Source: Candidatus Omnitrophota bacterium (GTDB taxonomy: Bacteria > Omnitrophota > Gorgyraeia > 2-01-FULL-45-10). Taken from it: DNA of 64,000 bases. This document shows positions 1 through 8,995 of this stretch, in pieces. The position numbers were made by a program, and so were the translations under genes. Each line of letters starts with the position of its first letter. Within the stretch, counting starts at the first letter, position 1. Under the pieces are notes generated by a model, which was not told the DNA's origin, searched no databases, and saw only the letters and a program-made list of their open reading frames with translations. The stretch covers positions 69,040-133,039 of the forward strand of contig JBAZKH010000004.1 of assembly GCA_041650935.1 (NCBI GenBank), written 5' to 3'.

Positions 1-597
1 CTGCTTAACCGGGATGAGCTTAAGGCGGTCATAGGGCACGAAATGAGCCATATAAAGAACAGGGACGTCCTGACGATAACGCTCCTTTCGGTGATACCGA
101 TAATCCTATACAGGATCGCATGGCAGTTTCTCTTCTACGGGGATAGACGCGACAGGGGTCAGTCGAACGCGATGCTGGTGGGTCTTGCGGCATTCATCTT
201 CTATTTCCTTACGAACATGCTCGTCCTTTATGCTTCGAGGATACGTGAATATTTTGCCGATAAAGGGTCGATAGATCTTGGGAACAAGCCTTCACAGCTT
301 GCCTCGGCATTATATAAGCTCGTTTATGGCTCGGCAAGACTGCCCAAGGAAGCGATCAAAGACGTCGAAGGGATGAAGGCTTTCTTTGCGAATGACCCGT
401 CGAGGGCGCTTGCGGAACTTAAGAGCCTGAAGGACCTGGACCTGGACAGGAGCGGCACAATCTCCGACAGCGAACTCATGAGCCTGCAGAATAAGACCGT
501 CCGGTTAGGTTTCGGCGACAGGTTGATGGAACTGTTGAGCACGCATCCGAATATGCTGAAGCGCATAAAACGTTTAAGCGAGTGGGAGAAGAGGTAA
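1..597 (+). CDS. M48-family zinc metalloprotease (HtpX-like), C-terminal part; 5' end lies outside the window
   Basis: The frame is open from base 1. There is an HEMSH (HExxH) zinc motif near the start of the fragment, followed by hydrophobic helices. The C-terminal region is soluble. Confidence 0.6.
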   Translation: MLNRDELKAVIGHEMSHIKNRDVLTITLLSVIPIILYRIAWQFLFYGDRRDRGQSNAMLVGLAAFIFYFLTNMLVLYASRIREYFADKGSIDLGNKPSQLASALYKLVYGSARLPKEAIKDVEGMKAFFANDPSRALAELKSLKDLDLDRSGTISDSELMSLQNKTVRLGFGDRLMELLSTHPNMLKRIKRLSEWEKR

Positions 598-856
598 GTT
601 TTTCGTTTCCACCCCGGGGTGGAAATAGTTACCGCAGGAGCGAGAGAAGTTTTTACGGTTCATAGTGAAAATGTGACGTGGCGATGTAGTGAGCTAAGGC
701 GTTAAAATTTTTTATGGCTTGGTCCGCTATAGCAGGACTCAAGCGGCATAAAAAATTTTACCCGAGCGAGGTTTGCCGCTGGAAGCAAACCGAGCGTCCT
801 AAGCGAACTACATCGACACATCACATTCGACTGATACGAAAAATTTCGGAGTAATA
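598..856 (+). promoter_or_regulatory. Conserved structured leader element, copy A. It has the palindrome TTTCCACCCCGGGGTGGAAA, several internal hairpins and an RBS, and runs directly into the ATG at 857
   Basis: It aligns with the 4800-5035 block. Both share the 5' palindrome, the internal word GTGAAAATGTGACGTGGCGATGTAGTGAG (one variant in copy B) and the 3' word CATCGACA.ATC.CATT..ACTGATACGAAAAATTTCGGAGT. Hairpin positions are kept with compensatory sequence changes. Confidence 0.5.
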
Positions 857-1849
857 ATGATATTTAATTTTGAAGCGACGGGAATAGGTTCGGTCCCGTT
901 CAAGGATCCCCGCGCGGCCTGCGAGATAATATTAGACAACTTCCCGGTCATTCCGTTCTGGCCGCAGCTTGCGCGCGGCGGGTATCGCGAAAACATGTAC
1001 GTCCAGTATTCGGAGCGGCTGCCCGGCCTCGTTCTCGATGAAAAAAACAGGAAGATACATATAGATACCGCGAAAGCTCCCGCCGGCATAGAAGCCGTTT
1101 ATACAAAATATCTCGAAAATGATGTGGAGTTCTTCAAAATATCCGAAGATTACGCGCGCGGCCTTTACGAGTTTTTAAGTAACGCTAAAAATTTGCCGGG
1201 GACGGTAAAGTTCCTGAAAGGGCAGATCACGGGGCCTATAAGTTACGGCCTTTTTCTCACCGACCAGGATAAGAGGTCGATACTTTACGATAAGGATCTC
1301 TTCGAGGTCCTGACGAAGGTCCTGGTTATGAAGGCAAAGTGGCAGATACGGAAACTGAAAGCTCTCCGCCCGGATGTTATTATGTTTATAGATGAGCCGT
1401 CGCTGGTTTCGCTTGGCTCGAGCTATGTAAATATAAATCCGGCGATCGCCTTTGAAAGGCTCGACGAGCTGGTGAAGGCCATAAAGGACGAAGGCGCGCT
1501 CTGCGGCCTGCATTGCTGCGGCAATACCGATTGGCCGGCTCTACTGGCGAGAGATATTGACATTATAAATTTTGACGCTTATAATTTTATGAAGGAATTC
1601 TTATTATACGGCGATGAGTTTAAAAGTTTTTTGCGAAGAGGCGCCGGTGTTGCATGGGGCGTGGTGCCCACCTCCGAAGAGATAGTGAAACAGACGCCCG
1701 CGGGCCTTGCGCAAAGGTTGAATGGGGTGAGCGGCTCGTCACTGGTCACGCCGAGTTGCGGGGTGGGGACATTGAGCGAGGATATCGCGCTGAAAGTCTT
1801 CAGGACGACGAAAGAGGTTTCGCGGTTATTGCGTTCAGCGGGAAGTTGA
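857..1849 (+). CDS. MetE-like (cobalamin-independent methionine synthase C-terminal domain / UroD-MetE superfamily) zinc-dependent methyltransferase-like protein
   Basis: 330 aa. It has an IDEP motif, an HCCGN (His/Cys) motif and a C-terminal TPSCGVG, which resemble the His-Cys-Glu-Cys zinc site of MetE C-domains. The ATG follows leader copy A with GGAG 7 nt upstream. Confidence 0.4.
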   Translation: MIFNFEATGIGSVPFKDPRAACEIILDNFPVIPFWPQLARGGYRENMYVQYSERLPGLVLDEKNRKIHIDTAKAPAGIEAVYTKYLENDVEFFKISEDYARGLYEFLSNAKNLPGTVKFLKGQITGPISYGLFLTDQDKRSILYDKDLFEVLTKVLVMKAKWQIRKLKALRPDVIMFIDEPSLVSLGSSYVNINPAIAFERLDELVKAIKDEGALCGLHCCGNTDWPALLARDIDIINFDAYNFMKEFLLYGDEFKSFLRRGAGVAWGVVPTSEEIVKQTPAGLAQRLNGVSGSSLVTPSCGVGTLSEDIALKVFRTTKEVSRLLRSAGS

Positions 1850-1853
1850 GGCT

Positions 1854-2726
1854 ATGGAAGACAGGACTAAAAATTTTATAACGCTGGAAGATGATTTTAA
1901 GAAGGCCAAGGCCGTGATAATGCAGGTCCCTTACGACAAGACGACGACCTATATCCACGGTACCGCGCGCGGACCTGCCGCCATAATAGACGCCTCGAAG
2001 TATCTCGAGCTTTACGACGATGAGCTTAACCAGGAGACGTTCAAGATAGGTATCTACACCTCCCCGGCCATCGAAGTCGAAAAACTTCCATCGGAGGAGA
2101 TGGTGAAGCAGGTCTATCTCTCGACCATGGAGCTTTTAAAGGCGGGCAAATTTCCGATAATGCTGGGCGGGGAACATTCCGTTTCTATAGGCGCCGTGAA
2201 GGCCTTCAAGGAGATCTATCCCAATATATCGGTCCTCCATCTCGATGCGCATAACGACCTCAGGGACGAGTATTTCGGCTCCAAACTTAACCACGGCTGC
2301 GCGGCGCGCAGGATGAGCGAGATCTGCCCTGTGGTCCAGGTGGGCACCAGGAGCATGTCGAAGGAAGAGAAGGATTTTCTCACGGCCCAGCAGGACGGAA
2401 GGGTGAAGAATATGAGCGTTTACGATATACTGGATACTCCCATGTGGAAGGACAAGGCGACGAACAACCTGACCGAAAATGTGTATATCTCGATAGACCT
2501 CGATGTATTTGATCCGGGGCTTGTGCCCGCGGTAGGCACGCCGGAACCCGGCGGGCTGGGGTGGTACGAAGCGCTCGCTCTTCTTTGGGACGTTTCGAAG
2601 GACAGGAAGGTGGTCGGGTTCGATATCGTCGAGCTTTGTCCGATAAAGGGACAGATAGCGTCCGACTTTTTTGCGGCAAAACTGCTCTACAGGCTGCTGG
2701 GTTATATCTTCTCCGGGAAGAAGTAA
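1854..2726 (+). CDS. speB: Agmatinase / ureohydrolase (arginase family)
   Basis: Arginase-family signatures GGEHS, LDAHNDL and SIDLDVFDP are present. It lies next to the pyruvoyl arginine decarboxylase gene. Confidence 0.8.
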   Translation: MEDRTKNFITLEDDFKKAKAVIMQVPYDKTTTYIHGTARGPAAIIDASKYLELYDDELNQETFKIGIYTSPAIEVEKLPSEEMVKQVYLSTMELLKAGKFPIMLGGEHSVSIGAVKAFKEIYPNISVLHLDAHNDLRDEYFGSKLNHGCAARRMSEICPVVQVGTRSMSKEEKDFLTAQQDGRVKNMSVYDILDTPMWKDKATNNLTENVYISIDLDVFDPGLVPAVGTPEPGGLGWYEALALLWDVSKDRKVVGFDIVELCPIKGQIASDFFAAKLLYRLLGYIFSGKK

Positions 2727-2805
2727 GACGGTACGCGTGAGGAGCGATTGAGCAATTAGGCGATTCCAACGCGAGCGATAAAAAGCTAATGGAAAGGGTT
2801 TTTGT

Positions 2806-3375
2806 ATGCTGCTGGTTCCACGCAAAAATTTACTCGTTCCCAAAAAGATGTTCTTCACAAAGGGCGTCGGGGCCCACAAGGCCGAACTCAGGAGCTTTGA
2901 GCTGGCTCTGCGCGACGCAGGAATAGAAAAATGCAACCTCGTGCATGTCTCCAGCATTTTGCCGCCGGAATGCAAAGTTGTATCCCGGAACGAAGGCCTG
3001 AAAGAGTTATATGCCGGGATGATAACATACGCGGTAATGTCCAGATGCTCGGGTAATGAGCCGCACCGCCTGATCGCGGCCAGTATCGGATGTGCCGTCC
3101 CTGCCGATCCGCAGGCTTACGGGTATTTGAGCGAGCATCATGCGTTTGGGCAGAACGAAAAAGTTGCCGGCGACCTTGCCGAAGATCTTGCCGTGGAAAT
3201 GTTAGCCTCCACCCTCGGGCTCGAATTCGACGAAAATAAATCCTGGGATGAGAATAAGGCTATCTATCACCTGAGCGATAAGATAATCCGCACCTCGAAC
3301 ACGACCCAATCTGCGGTCATCGGCCCGGAGGGCAACTATTCGACCGTCGTGGCGGCGGCAGTCTTCCTGTTCTAA
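2806..3375 (+). CDS. pdaD: Pyruvoyl-dependent arginine decarboxylase
   Basis: It is about 170-190 aa. The N-terminal region FFTKGVG...AGI...[11 protein letters not shown] is typical of PdaD. An alternative start is at 2848. Confidence 0.75.
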   Translation: MLLVPRKNLLVPKKMFFTKGVGAHKAELRSFELALRDAGIEKCNLVHVSSILPPECKVVSRNEGLKELYAGMITYAVMSRCSGNEPHRLIAASIGCAVPADPQAYGYLSEHHAFGQNEKVAGDLAEDLAVEMLASTLGLEFDENKSWDENKAIYHLSDKIIRTSNTTQSAVIGPEGNYSTVVAAAVFLF

Positions 3376-3394
3376 AAAGTTATAATATTACTAT

Positions 3395-4516
3395 ATGGTT
3401 CGACGGATAATACTGCCGTTTAAGGTGGCCGAGCCCATCCTTGCCTGCGGGGCGGATCTTAAGGGCGCGTTTGCGTTTGCAAAAGGGAAAGAGGCGGTTC
3501 TTGTCGATGGTTTCGGCGATCTCGGCGCGCTCGACAATTTTACGAGATACGAAACGGCCGTTAAGGAATACCGTAAGAGGCTCCGGATAAATTTAAAGAT
3601 AGTAGCCTGCGATCTGCATCCGGGTTATCTCTCGACGCGTTTTGCCGAAAACTATACGCTATCTGCTAAACGCTATACGCTGCGTAAAATACAGCATCAT
3701 GAAGCGCACATAGCCTCCGCTATCACAGATAATAATATCGAAGGCCGCGTGATCGGCGTGGCTTTCGACGGCACAGGTTACGGTTCCGACGGCAATATCT
3801 GGGGCGGGGAGTTCTTCGCCGTTAGCCGATCGCCGTTAGCCGATCGTTTTGATTTTAAAAGAGTTGCGCATCTGGACTACATTCCGATGCCCGGCGGGGA
3901 GAGGGCTGTAAAGGAACCGTGGCGCATGGCGGTAAGTTACCTTTATCGCGCGTTCGGCCGGCGGCTTCCTGACATCGCGCAGCGGTGGCCTAAAAGAAGG
4001 CTGGCAATAATGCTCAAGATGATCGACGGTAAGATAAATTCACCGCTTACTTCGAGCGCGGGCCGGCTCTTCGATGCGGTCGGGAGCCTGGTCTTAAATA
4101 AAGATTCCGTATCGCGTGAGGCCGAACTGCCGGTGGAATTGGAGCGCATGGCGGATAAAGACGTGGAGAACGCCTATCGTTTACGGGGCCGTGAAATTCT
4201 AAATCCTTCCGGAATCATCAAAAAAGTAGTTGCGGATGTCGCGAAGGAAACAGGCGCGCCGGAGATAGCGGCAAAGTTTCATAATACTATAGCGGCGCTT
4301 GTATGTGAGACTTCATTAAAGTTGAGTAAGAAGCTTAAAACAAAACAGGTGGTTTTGAGCGGCGGGGTATTCCAGAATATATATCTCGTCGGGAGAATAA
4401 GGGATATGTTAACAGCGAACGGCCTGAGGGTTTATTTTCACGCGGCGCTTCCGACGAACGATTCCGGGATACCGATAGGGCAGATCGCGATAGCTAATTC
4501 CGTCGTTCGTCGTTAA
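3395..4516 (+). CDS. hypF: Carbamoyltransferase HypF, Kae1-like C-terminal domain only. No acylphosphatase, Zn-finger or YrdC domains are encoded
   Basis: It carries HypF C-domain motifs: VACDLHPGY, IQHHEAHIAS and a C-terminal LSGGVFQN. It is only 373 aa and is preceded directly by pdaD. Confidence 0.75.
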   Translation: MVRRIILPFKVAEPILACGADLKGAFAFAKGKEAVLVDGFGDLGALDNFTRYETAVKEYRKRLRINLKIVACDLHPGYLSTRFAENYTLSAKRYTLRKIQHHEAHIASAITDNNIEGRVIGVAFDGTGYGSDGNIWGGEFFAVSRSPLADRFDFKRVAHLDYIPMPGGERAVKEPWRMAVSYLYRAFGRRLPDIAQRWPKRRLAIMLKMIDGKINSPLTSSAGRLFDAVGSLVLNKDSVSREAELPVELERMADKDVENAYRLRGREILNPSGIIKKVVADVAKETGAPEIAAKFHNTIAALVCETSLKLSKKLKTKQVVLSGGVFQNIYLVGRIRDMLTANGLRVYFHAALPTNDSGIPIGQIAIANSVVRR

Positions 4517-4580
4517 TATTTCGTATATCGTTAAACGAACGACGATATACGAACGACTAACGACGCGACCGTAATCTAAG
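4517..4580 (+). promoter_or_regulatory. Inverted-repeat cluster (CGTCGTTCGTCGTTA / TAACGACG.AACGACG arms) between hypF' and hypC; possible attenuator or terminator
   Basis: Dyad symmetry is visible starting at the hypF' stop codon. An RBS AAGAGGGG follows at 4578. Confidence 0.3.
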
Positions 4581-4588
4581 AGGGGAAT

Positions 4589-4795
4589 ATGTGTCTGGGC
4601 ATACCGATGAAGGTTATAAAAATAGAAGGCGACGAGGGCATTGTCGAATCCGGGGGCCTCAAGAAGCGGGCGAGCTTTTCGCTGTTGAAAGACGTGCGGG
4701 CCGGGGATTACGTGCTTCTGCACGCGGGTTTCGCGATAGAGAAGATCAAGGATAGTGAAGCGCGAAAAACTCTCCGCGCAATAAGGAGCTTGTGA
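4589..4795 (+). CDS. hypC: Hydrogenase maturation chaperone HypC
   Basis: It starts MCLGIP, the hallmark N-terminal Cys2 of HypC. It is 68 aa. Confidence 0.9.
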   Translation: MCLGIPMKVIKIEGDEGIVESGGLKKRASFSLLKDVRAGDYVLLHAGFAIEKIKDSEARKTLRAIRSL

Positions 4796-4799
4796 GGTT

Positions 4800-5035
4800 C
4801 CCCGGCTTAACTATTTCCACCCCGGGGTGGAAATAGTTACCGTAGGAGCGAGGAAGTTTTACGTTTCCTGCTGTAAAAATGTGATGTGGCAATGTTGTGA
4901 GTAGGGCGTAAAAATTTCGAGGCAGCGTACGAGAAATTTTTCCGAGCGCAATTTTCACATGGTTGAAAATTGCGCGTCCCTACGAACTACATCGACATAT
5001 CGCATTTAACTGATACGAAAAATTTCGGAGTGAGT
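4800..5035 (+). promoter_or_regulatory. Conserved structured leader element, copy B (same family as 598-856), upstream of hypD
   Basis: It has the same palindrome TTTCCACCCCGGGGTGGAAA, a shared core, and a hairpin GCGCAATTTTC...GAAAATTGCGC at the position where copy A has GGTTTGC...GCAAACC. It ends CGGAGTGAGT before the ATG at 5036. Confidence 0.5.
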
Positions 5036-6118
5036 ATGAAGTATGTAGACGAATTCAGGGACAGGCGGCTCATCGATAAGATTAGCCGGCAGATACACAA
5101 TAACGTAGAGGCGGGCCGTACGTATACCTTTATGGAAGTCTGCGGCACGCACACGATGGCGATATTCCGGTTTGGCCTTCGCGGCCTGCTGCCGGCGAAT
5201 ATCAGGCTCATCTCGGGCCCCGGGTGCCCCGTATGCGTTACGCCAAACGAATTCATAGATAAAGCGATCGCGATCTCCCGCCGGCGCGACGTCATTATTG
5301 CTACATTCGGCGATATGCTCAAAGTTCCCGGTTCGCGTTCGAGCCTTGAAAAAGAGAAAGCGTCCGGCGCATCGATCAAAACGGTATATTCGAGCATCGA
5401 CGCGCTTGCTATGGCAAGACGGAATCCGGATAAAGAGGTTGTCTTCCTGGGAATCGGTTTCGAAACGACGTCACCGACGGTTGCGCAGTCGATCCTCATC
5501 GCGAAAAAGCAAAAGATAACCAACTACTCAGTGCTATGCGGCCATAAGACGATGCCGGTGGCGTTGAAGATACTGACGGGCCGGCGGAGCGCGCGCCTCG
5601 ACGGTTTTTTGCTGCCCGGCCATGTAAGCGCGGTGATAGGGGCAAGGGACTATGAATTCCTGGCAAAAGATGCCGGTAAGCGCTGTGTCATAACCGGTTT
5701 CGAGCCTCTGGATATATTGCAGGCGATATTTATGCTGCTTAAACAGGATCGCCCTGAAGTCGAGATACAGTATACGAGGATAATCAATAGGGATGGCAAT
5801 GCGCTGGCAAGGAGAGCTATAGACAACGTTTTCGAAAAATGCTCCTCGGTATGGCGCGGTATGGGACGGATCGCGGGGAGCGGTCTTAAGATAAGAAAAG
5901 GATTTGCGTCTTTCGATGCCGAAGCTAGGTTCAAGCCAAAGATAGCCCCTCCAAAAGAAAAGAAGGCTTGCATCTGCGGTGATGTCATTACGGGTGTAAA
6001 GACTCCTCTTGAATGCAAATTGTTCGCCAAGGCCTGTAATCCCGAGCATCCTGCCGGAGCATGCATGGTCTCGAGCGAAGGAACGTGCGCGGCATATCAT
6101 AAATACCGGCGTTCGTAG
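5036..6118 (+). CDS. hypD: Hydrogenase maturation factor HypD
   Basis: It starts MKYVDEFRD and contains the GPGCPVCV and GFETT motifs. The start was chosen at the ATG after the leader; the ORF track started earlier at 4970. Confidence 0.9.
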   Translation: MKYVDEFRDRRLIDKISRQIHNNVEAGRTYTFMEVCGTHTMAIFRFGLRGLLPANIRLISGPGCPVCVTPNEFIDKAIAISRRRDVIIATFGDMLKVPGSRSSLEKEKASGASIKTVYSSIDALAMARRNPDKEVVFLGIGFETTSPTVAQSILIAKKQKITNYSVLCGHKTMPVALKILTGRRSARLDGFLLPGHVSAVIGARDYEFLAKDAGKRCVITGFEPLDILQAIFMLLKQDRPEVEIQYTRIINRDGNALARRAIDNVFEKCSSVWRGMGRIAGSGLKIRKGFASFDAEARFKPKIAPPKEKKACICGDVITGVKTPLECKLFAKACNPEHPAGACMVSSEGTCAAYHKYRRS

Positions 6119-6125
6119 TTCGTTG

Positions 6126-6160
6126 CTCGTTGTTAGTTGTTAGTTGTTAGTTGTTAGTTG
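6126..6160. repeat. Tandem heptamer (GTTAGTT) x4-5 immediately upstream of the hypE RBS
   Basis: The sequence reads GTTGTTAGTTGTTAGTTGTTAGTTGTTAGTTGAGGTGG. Confidence 0.6.
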
Positions 6161-6171
6161 AGGTGGAAAAT

Positions 6172-7173
6172 ATGGATAGAATAACGCTTGCGCATGGGAG
6201 CGGCGGGACGGTGATGCATAAGCTCATCGACTCTATGATCATAAAAGAGCTTGGCAATCCGATACTGCGCCAGAAGAAAGATTCTGCCCTGCTCCGGGTG
6301 GGCAGGACGAAATTAGCCTTCACTACGGATTCGTATGTCGTCAGCCCGATATTCTTCCCCGGCGGTGACATCGGAAGCCTTGCCGTATACGGGACGGTCA
6401 ACGACCTCTCCGTATGCGGGGCGCGGGCGCTCTATCTATCGCTGGGCCTCATCATCGAAGAGGGCCTCGGAAAAGACGTGCTGGGGCGGATCGTGAGATC
6501 CGTTAAGATTGCCGCCAGGCGCGCCGGGGTCGATATCGTAACGGGCGATACGAAAGTCGTTGAACGCGGAAGCTGCGATAAAATTTTTATCAATACGAGC
6601 GGCGTGGGAGAGGTCTATTATGAAAAATTGTCGCTAGATTCGATAAAGGCCGGCGATGCCGTTATCGTAAGCGGCACGATAGGCGAACATGCTATAAGCA
6701 TATTATCGCAGCGCGAAGGTATAGAATTCGAATCCAGGGTGAGGACGGATTCAGCGCCTCTAGGCAGGCTCATTTACAAAGTACTCGCGGCGCCGGGGGC
6801 CGTCAGGTTTATGAGAGATCCTACCAGAGGCGGCGTTGCCACTACCTTAAACGAGATAACGGCTTCCGGGCGATTCGGGATATCGCTGGACGAGAGAGCT
6901 ATCCCTGTCGGCGCCGGCGTGCGGCAGGCATGCGAATTATTGGGATTCGACCCGCTATACCTTGCGTGCGAGGGGCGTTTTTTAATGGTTGCCGCAATGA
7001 AGGACGCGGGCAGGATACTCGGGATTATCCGTAAAGACACTGCCGGGAAAAGAGCGGCTATTATAGGTGCGGTAACAGCGGATTACAAAGGGAAGGTTTA
7101 CCTTAATACAGCGGCAGGCGGGAAGAGGTTGGTAGAGATGCTCCCGGGCGAACAATTGCCAAGGATATGTTAA
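6172..7173 (+). CDS. hypE: Hydrogenase maturation factor HypE (carbamoyl dehydratase)
   Basis: It starts MDRITLAHGSGG and ends with the C-terminal PRIC, the carbamoylated-cysteine hallmark of HypE. Confidence 0.9.
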   Translation: MDRITLAHGSGGTVMHKLIDSMIIKELGNPILRQKKDSALLRVGRTKLAFTTDSYVVSPIFFPGGDIGSLAVYGTVNDLSVCGARALYLSLGLIIEEGLGKDVLGRIVRSVKIAARRAGVDIVTGDTKVVERGSCDKIFINTSGVGEVYYEKLSLDSIKAGDAVIVSGTIGEHAISILSQREGIEFESRVRTDSAPLGRLIYKVLAAPGAVRFMRDPTRGGVATTLNEITASGRFGISLDERAIPVGAGVRQACELLGFDPLYLACEGRFLMVAAMKDAGRILGIIRKDTAGKRAAIIGAVTADYKGKVYLNTAAGGKRLVEMLPGEQLPRIC

Positions 7174-7245
7174 TGCTTTATATAAGTCAGAAAAGTAATG
7201 ATGAACCCTTGCGTTGTTGTATAACGCGTGATATACTCAAAAGAT

Positions 7246-8994
7246 ATGGCTGCGAATAAAGGTAGAAGATTGCTGGGAGAAGAGCTTGTCCGCGCGGGTA
7301 TCATAACGCAGGAACAGCTCGAGTTTGCCATTAAGGAGCAGCAAAAATCCGGTGACAAGCGAGAGCTCCTGGGAGAGATAATAGTAAGGGCCGGCCTGGC
7401 GGACGAGGCTACGCTCGTAAAATTCCTCGAGAAACATTTCGGGATTCCTTACGCGTATCTCGGCAGGCGGGAGGACATAAACCTTTCCGCCGTTAAAATG
7501 ATACCGGAGATGATGGCGCGTAACTTCAAGGCGATAGCGATTGACGTAAATGCCGTTAATAACAAACTTATCGTCGCGATGGCCAATCCTTTCGATATTG
7601 TGGCTGTGGATACGATCCGCGCGGCTACTGGTTACGAGATAGAGAAGCGTTTCAGCCAGGCTAAAGATATAGAAAATGCCATCGACAGGTCGTATCCCGA
7701 GCATGCGATGCAAAGGTCGGTGGATGAATTCGTGGAATTTAAAGAGGCCGAAGAGAAAGCGGCCGGCATTACAACTATCCCCGGCGTCTCCCGCGAAGGC
7801 ATAGAATCCGACGCCTTCAAGACCCCTGTCGTGCAGTTCGTAGACAGCATGCTCAAGGATGCCATACAAAAGAGAGCCAGCGATATACACGTCGAACCGC
7901 GCGAGAACGCGCTCAGCATACGTTACCGTATAGACGGTATTCTCGTAGAGATGCCCACCCCTCCCAAGAAGATGCAATCCGCTATAATTACGCGCCTGAA
8001 ACTGTTGTGCGGAATGAATATAGCTGAACAGCGCCTCCCGCAGGATGGGCGGTTCAACCTGGAGTTCAAAGGCAAGGCTATAGATATCAGGGTAGCGTCG
8101 AGCCCGATAGTGCACGGCGAAAAGATGGTCCTCAGGATATTGGATAGTACGGCGCTCTTTGTCAGGATGGAGGATCTTGGCATGACCGAGGATAATGTCA
8201 AAGAGTTCAAGTCTATCCTGAGGCAGTCTTATGGCCTGATACTGGTCACAGGCCCTACAGGATCAGGTAAGACGACTACGCTGTATTCGGCGCTAAGTTT
8301 TATCAATACGCCCGATAAAAATATCGTTACTATAGAGGATCCCGTCGAATACCAGCTGCAGGGGATAAACCAGATACAGACTAAACACCAGATAGGCCTC
8401 ACATTTTCCGCGGGACTCCGCACCGTCCTGCGCCAGGATCCCGACATAATAATGATAGGCGAGATCAGGGACCTTGAGACGCTGGAGAACGCGATAAAGG
8501 CTTCTCTTACCGGCCACCTTGTCCTGAGCACGATACATACCAACGATGCGCCGAGCGTGGTTACGCGGCTTGTTCACATGGGGCTCGAACCTTACCTTAT
8601 CGCGCCGTGCCTGAGCCTTGTAATAGCCCAGCGTCTTGCGCGTAAAATATGCAAGAGCTGCAAAATGGAGGTTCAGGTACCGGCCGAGGTGCTTGAACAG
8701 TTCGGTAAGCGGAATGACATAGACCTGAAGCATGTTAATTTCTTCCGCGGCAAAGGATGCGCGAAATGCGATTTCACCGGATACAAAGGCAGGACGGGGC
8801 TGTTCGAATTTTTTTCCATAACGAAGAGAATAAGGGACCTTATAATTGAGTCGGCGCCTGAAGATAAGCTGAAAAAAGCCGCGCAGGAGGAAGGCATGAA
8901 GACTATCTTCCAGCACGGTCTCGAAAAAGTGAACGAAGGCATAACGACTATAGAGGAAGTGCTGAGGGTTACAGTACTGGAAAAGGCGTCATAA
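7246..8994 (+). CDS. pilB: Type IV pilus assembly ATPase (GspE/PilB family)
   Basis: It has an N-terminal GSPII_E_N-like region, the Walker A motif GPTGSGKTTT, and a tetracysteine motif CKSC...CAKC. Confidence 0.85.
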   Translation: MAANKGRRLLGEELVRAGIITQEQLEFAIKEQQKSGDKRELLGEIIVRAGLADEATLVKFLEKHFGIPYAYLGRREDINLSAVKMIPEMMARNFKAIAIDVNAVNNKLIVAMANPFDIVAVDTIRAATGYEIEKRFSQAKDIENAIDRSYPEHAMQRSVDEFVEFKEAEEKAAGITTIPGVSREGIESDAFKTPVVQFVDSMLKDAIQKRASDIHVEPRENALSIRYRIDGILVEMPTPPKKMQSAIITRLKLLCGMNIAEQRLPQDGRFNLEFKGKAIDIRVASSPIVHGEKMVLRILDSTALFVRMEDLGMTEDNVKEFKSILRQSYGLILVTGPTGSGKTTTLYSALSFINTPDKNIVTIEDPVEYQLQGINQIQTKHQIGLTFSAGLRTVLRQDPDIIMIGEIRDLETLENAIKASLTGHLVLSTIHTNDAPSVVTRLVHMGLEPYLIAPCLSLVIAQRLARKICKSCKMEVQVPAEVLEQFGKRNDIDLKHVNFFRGKGCAKCDFTGYKGRTGLFEFFSITKRIRDLIIESAPEDKLKKAAQEEGMKTIFQHGLEKVNEGITTIEEVLRVTVLEKAS

Positions 8995-8995
8995 G

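Noticed and set aside
2136-2975. Long minus-strand ORFs opposite confident + strand genes. Examples are 2136-2975, 7237-8115, 25381-26073, 37359-38171, 40828-41469 and 46805-47440.
   Set aside because: The + strand partners have clear family signatures (agmatinase, PilB, NiFe large subunit, etc.). In GC-rich DNA the antisense frame is commonly open. The translated minus ORFs are low-complexity and Arg/Pro/Ser-rich, with no recognisable motifs.
6126-6160. Checked whether the GTTAGTT array or the pilin duplication could be a CRISPR array.
   Set aside because: The heptamers are contiguous with no spacers. The pilin repeat is a 414-bp protein-coding duplication. No cas genes are present.
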